Position numbers and translations under genes: made by a program. Of a DNA stretch of 64,000 nt, positions 60,364-64,000 are shown one piece after another; position 1 is the first letter of the stretch; the number at the start of each line of letters is the position of its first letter. The DNA is from Trichosphaerium sp. ATCC 40318 (Eukaryota > Protista > Tubulinea): positions 372,001 through 436,000 of the forward strand of contig JALMLS010000344.1 of NCBI GenBank assembly GCA_038496445.1. The letters run 5' to 3'. The notes beneath the pieces were generated by a model. That model saw nothing but the letters and a program-made list of their open reading frames with translations. It was not told where the DNA came from and did no database searches.

Positions 60364-62462
60364 ATGGCGGAATCACAGTCGAATATGAAGCTAATTGCGA
60401 AATGGAATGTAACAGATGTTATAAGTTGGTTAAAAGAGTTAAATCTAGGGCAATCATCCTTCTGCAAGCGCGTCTTCATCGAATTAAACATAGGCAAGAC
60501 CAAGTTTTGTTTTTATTGTTTACAAGTTACCAAGATGGTGCTACCTTGCTTTCTCTACGCGAAAAGACAATAAAACAAGACTTGCAAGTTAAAGACGCAG
60601 ACAGGAAGAAAGTAAAACAGTTGTACACTCGTATTACCTCGTTAAACTCTAGTAGATAATTAAGGCGCTTTCAGCTTTAAAAGGAATACACAAAGTCCAA
60701 GCTGGGGAAGCGGTACCAACAATAATTGCGCTGAAAAGTATCTCACACGCTCAAGGATCAAGGACAGGAAAGTGAGACACTAGCGTCTCTGGTTTTTTTA
60801 ATTATTGGTGGCAATACACAGTCAGATGAGTTTAAACGCTTATTGGACAAACTACCACACTTGAATATGCGTTACAAGGTATAGTGTTATGAGTGACATT
60901 TTCTTTATTGTTTTTTTATGTGACGTATTTACTTAAAAAGGGCGAAACCTTGCTGCACCTCGCTGCAAAGAGTGGTAACTTTGAAGTATTGAAGCTCTTG
61001 CTTGAGCGTGGGGCATCAAAAATAATAAAAACCGACAGGGTACACCAATACATTAATTCAAAAAAACCTTTGCATGAATTTAACTCTTATTTCTAAAGGG
61101 AACATCAGTGTTTGCTTACGCCATACGTGGTGGTAACAAGAAAATTTTAGAGCATTTAATATACGTTGGTGCTGATTTGCGCAAAGAAAAGTACGTTGTG
61201 GTTGTGTAGGCTCTACATTAACGTTTTTATTCGTGCAGACAACTGCGGCTTGCAAACAATTTTTTAGCTATGTTCTACAAGTTGCACCCGAGACAAGTCA
61301 TCATGCGTTGTAAAGTCAACAAACTTAGCAAACTAGAGCTTAATAACTTGCAGCTTACATCGTTGCCAAAGTCCGTTTGCGAGCTCACTTTTTTAGAAGG
61401 TATAAATTAGTGGTGATGATGTGTCCTAATTCGCTTTTAGTGTTGAACTTGAATAATAACTATCTTACAAAGCTCCCAAAGAACTTGAATTCTTTGAGAG
61501 CATTGATGCAACTTGATATAAAATATAATCAGTTTGCTACAATTCCAAGGGTTTTAGCGAAGTGCACTAGCTTGCTAAGAATAAATGCTAGAGGTAATCC
61601 TCTTATAAAGTCTCACAAGCGCATCCTCAAAGCCAATGATGTTGGTACAATACGAAGTTTTTTAAAGTTGCTGGAACGCAACGAAGTAGATGATACAACA
61701 TCTCAACCAACATCACCACGGCGTGGTCGTTTTGGAAGCAGACTGCCATTTGCGTACGCCTATAATTGCTCAGTTTTACACTTGCATTGCTTACATTTTA
61801 TTTTTTAGGCCTCGGACGAAACGGGGTCCTATAGTGCGTTACTACAAATTCCTATAATGTTTGAGTATAACGTATTATGATAGAGAAAAGCTTTTAGTTC
61901 CTCAAATGCTGAGCGTGCTTTTGTCAACAAGAATGACGATTTTTATGAAAAACGAGCAAATACCTCGTATGGTTTATCAATGAAACCTGCTGTCGAGGTA
62001 ATCCCAAAAGAAGCAAATAAACCTGTGCACAGATACAATACTGTGCAAGTATCAATAACAGCTGCGGGTGATGATGTACGTTAAAGTGGAACTTGATTTC
62101 ATTGTTCTTACTTTTATCAAGAGTTCTGAGGAAGAAAAAGCAAAGCCTCGCAAAGCGTCAACACCACGTGTTTTATCCACAAAGTTAAATTCATCGCGAT
62201 CGTTGGACGGCAAACCAAAACCTGCTTCACGAGGTGCATGTACCAAAATTTACGTTTGATGCCTCAGCTTGTTGTTAACGCATTTTTAGAAAGAAGTGAC
62301 AGCGGCTGCAAAGCAAGATCTACCCCTAACACGTAAAAAAACTGCTGGCGAACCGTGCGGCTTTTTAGTGTAAGTGGAATTTACGCTCTATCAATTAACG
62401 CAATATCTAGTTACACAGGCGACAGGCCTGATGACAAAGATACAGCGCACGAAGAAAGCTAG
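60364..62462 (+). CDS. SAM + ankyrin + LRR domain protein
   Basis: SAM (WNVTDVISWLKELNL...IDGATLLSL), ankyrin (GETLLHLAAKSGNFEVLKLLLERGA), LRRs (LNLNNNYLTKLPKNLNSLRALMQLDIKYNQFATIP...GNPL) and an S/K-rich tail. Confidence 0.8.
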
Positions 62463-62562
62463 CTTTCGTCATGACACGGTTTGGCGTTAAAATAAGTTTT
62501 TAGAGATTAAAAAGTATTTTTACAAGCTTGATTTATTGATTGCCACTTGATTGGGCTAATTT

Positions 62563-62860
62563 TTAGCTTTTGGAGTTGTTACTTCCTTTCGATGACTTTC
62601 GGTTGGCGTCTTGGCGTTCTTCTTCGTCAGAGTCGTAATTAGGGTCTATATTTGATAAGTTGGCCTCGTTTTGTTGGTTTAGTACCGTTTTTATCTAAAT
62701 ACGCTGGACCATCTTGGTCTGTGGCTTTACCCCAGTCCTTACCACCTTGCATGCCGTTAACGCTAAACCGAAAAAGTTACGCTATTTACGAACCTCGTTT
62801 AGACGACTCTTTTCCTGCACCGGATCTTTTATCAAAGCCCTCGTGCTTCTTAGATGACAT
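62563..62860 (-). CDS. 69-aa microprotein with PDCD4-N-terminal/Stf2-HABP4-like motif (3 exons)
   Basis: Two GT-AG introns join to MSSKKHEGFDKRSGAGKESSKRGGKDWGKATDQDGPAYLDKNDPNYDSDEEERQDANRKSSKGSNNSKS*. The ATG is preceded by an A-rich context, as in other genes here. Confidence 0.7.
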
Positions 62861-62954
62861 ATTTTTTTTTGAATTTTGAAAATTGTTGAACGCGAGATCG
62901 CTGGCGTTTGCTGAAACTTACATTCGGCGTTTAGCGCCAACCGCAACCAAATGC

Positions 62955-63057
62955 GTCGGGAGTTACGGCTCGAATATTCACGGAGTCAGTGCACACAAAG
63001 CACCCGGATGAGTATTCCGATAGTACCGTTGCGGACAAGACCGTAGCGACTGTTTTT
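62955..63057 (+). ncRNA. Candidate structured RNA of unknown class
   Basis: GC-rich intergenic island with helices 62972-62980/63009-63017, 62981-62983/63004-63006, 62989-62992/63000-63003 and 63027-63034/63041-63048 (G-U wobbles on the + strand), ending in TTTTT. Confidence 0.3.
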
Positions 63058-63192
63058 CCGAAGCTAAGAGGGATGGTGGTTGTCGTAGTTAGCTAGGATG
63101 GAACGTTTTGGTTCTTTAGTTTAGGTTTGTTCACAATACTAAATAGTGTGAAAGGCAGTTCCCCGTTGAAATACAAACACTACTTCTCTTAC

Positions 63193-64000
63193 ATGGCTCG
63201 CATCACGTGGATAGCTGTTCTTGTCTTTCTTTCCATTGTCAATAGTTGTTTTGCAACGAAGAATGTACTTTTCATTGCTGTAGACGACTTGCGGCCGGAG
63301 TTGAATAGCTATGGAGCTACCTACATGCATACACCAAACTTTGATCGTTTGGCTAATATGAGCTTACAATTTAACCGTGCTTACACTCAACAAGGTTCAC
63401 AAATTTGTTTGGATTATGCTAACTTTTATAAGCTGTATGTGGACCTTCAAGAGCCTCGTTGTTAACCGGAAGAAGACCCGATACTACCCGCGTATATGTA
63501 GGGTACGTGTTTTCGCTTAACTGGAATCCTTGGCTAACTTTAGTAGACAAACATATTGGCGAACAGACACTGCAAACTTTACAACATTGCCTCAGTTTTT
63601 TAAAGAAAATGGGTATGTCATAGTGACACTTATTTTTTTGTCCATGTAACGAATACGTATTAGGTATGAGACTGTTGGAGCCGGAAAAATTTTCCACCCA
63701 GTACGCTTGTAGAAATGTGAAGCTTTGACAATAATGAATCGGATAGGGACATGACAACGATCCTATTAGTTGGAATAATAGATATTACGAGTCTTCTTCA
63801 CGCTTTTACAAAGACAGACAGCCATCTACTTCGTGGGAAGCGTTTCCAGAATCTGTAACGGATGTAGTACGTATTGTTACTCACACATCTTTGAACTTAA
63901 TTATGTGCAGAATATACTTGATGACACGGCAAACACAGAGCATATATTGCGGAAAATAAAGCAATTCAAACGTTCTGGAAGTAAGAGCTCTCGTTGTGCA
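63193..64000 (+). CDS. Sulfatase, iduronate-2-sulfatase-like (3' end outside window)
   Basis: Signal peptide, [41 protein letters not shown] (formylglycine CxPxR motif), [10 protein letters not shown] and GKIFH. Confidence 0.9.

Noticed and set aside
62960-63105. 5S rRNA, U1 or U6atac identity for the structured island
   Set aside because: Only scattered short words match (AAAGCACC, GAAGCTAAG, AACTTAC, AGGATGGAA). Spacing and required helices/Sm site do not fit any of these RNAs.
1-64000. Alternative genetic code or stop-codon readthrough suggested by fragmented ORFs
   Set aside because: Stops within conserved genes fall inside removable short introns, and all three stop codons are used as real terminators.

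Overview
This is gene-dense nuclear DNA from an intron-rich unicellular eukaryote, probably a free-living heterotrophic protist; an amoebozoan affinity is an inference from gene content only. It is AT-rich, uses the standard code and has very short spliceosomal introns (mostly 35-120 nt, GTACGT/GTATGT/GTAAGT donors, some GC donors). The ORF track therefore shows only fragments, and I assembled the gene models by hand, so exon boundaries are approximate. About 30 genes can be supported, including a kexin-type convertase, a RAMA+BRCT protein, DNAJC21, Aquarius, TAF11, UFD2/UBE4, RPS24, a class-III aminotransferase, an STK11IP/nischarin-like LRR protein, an ADP-ribosylglycohydrolase, SNRNP48, 14-3-3 and a sulfatase. 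The most unusual items are: (1) a major-vault-protein homolog with only repeats R1-R7 that ends in a hydrophobic tail anchor instead of the shoulder/cap; (2) a 7TM GPCR fused to an inositol 5-phosphatase; (3) an SNRNP48 lacking its CHHC zinc finger; (4) a RAMA plus BRCA1-type BRCT fusion; (5) a 69-aa standalone PDCD4/Stf2-like microprotein; (6) a candidate structured RNA; and (7) a MITE-like foldback next to an intronless MORN-variant gene. No rRNA, tRNA, CRISPR array or autonomous transposon was recognised.
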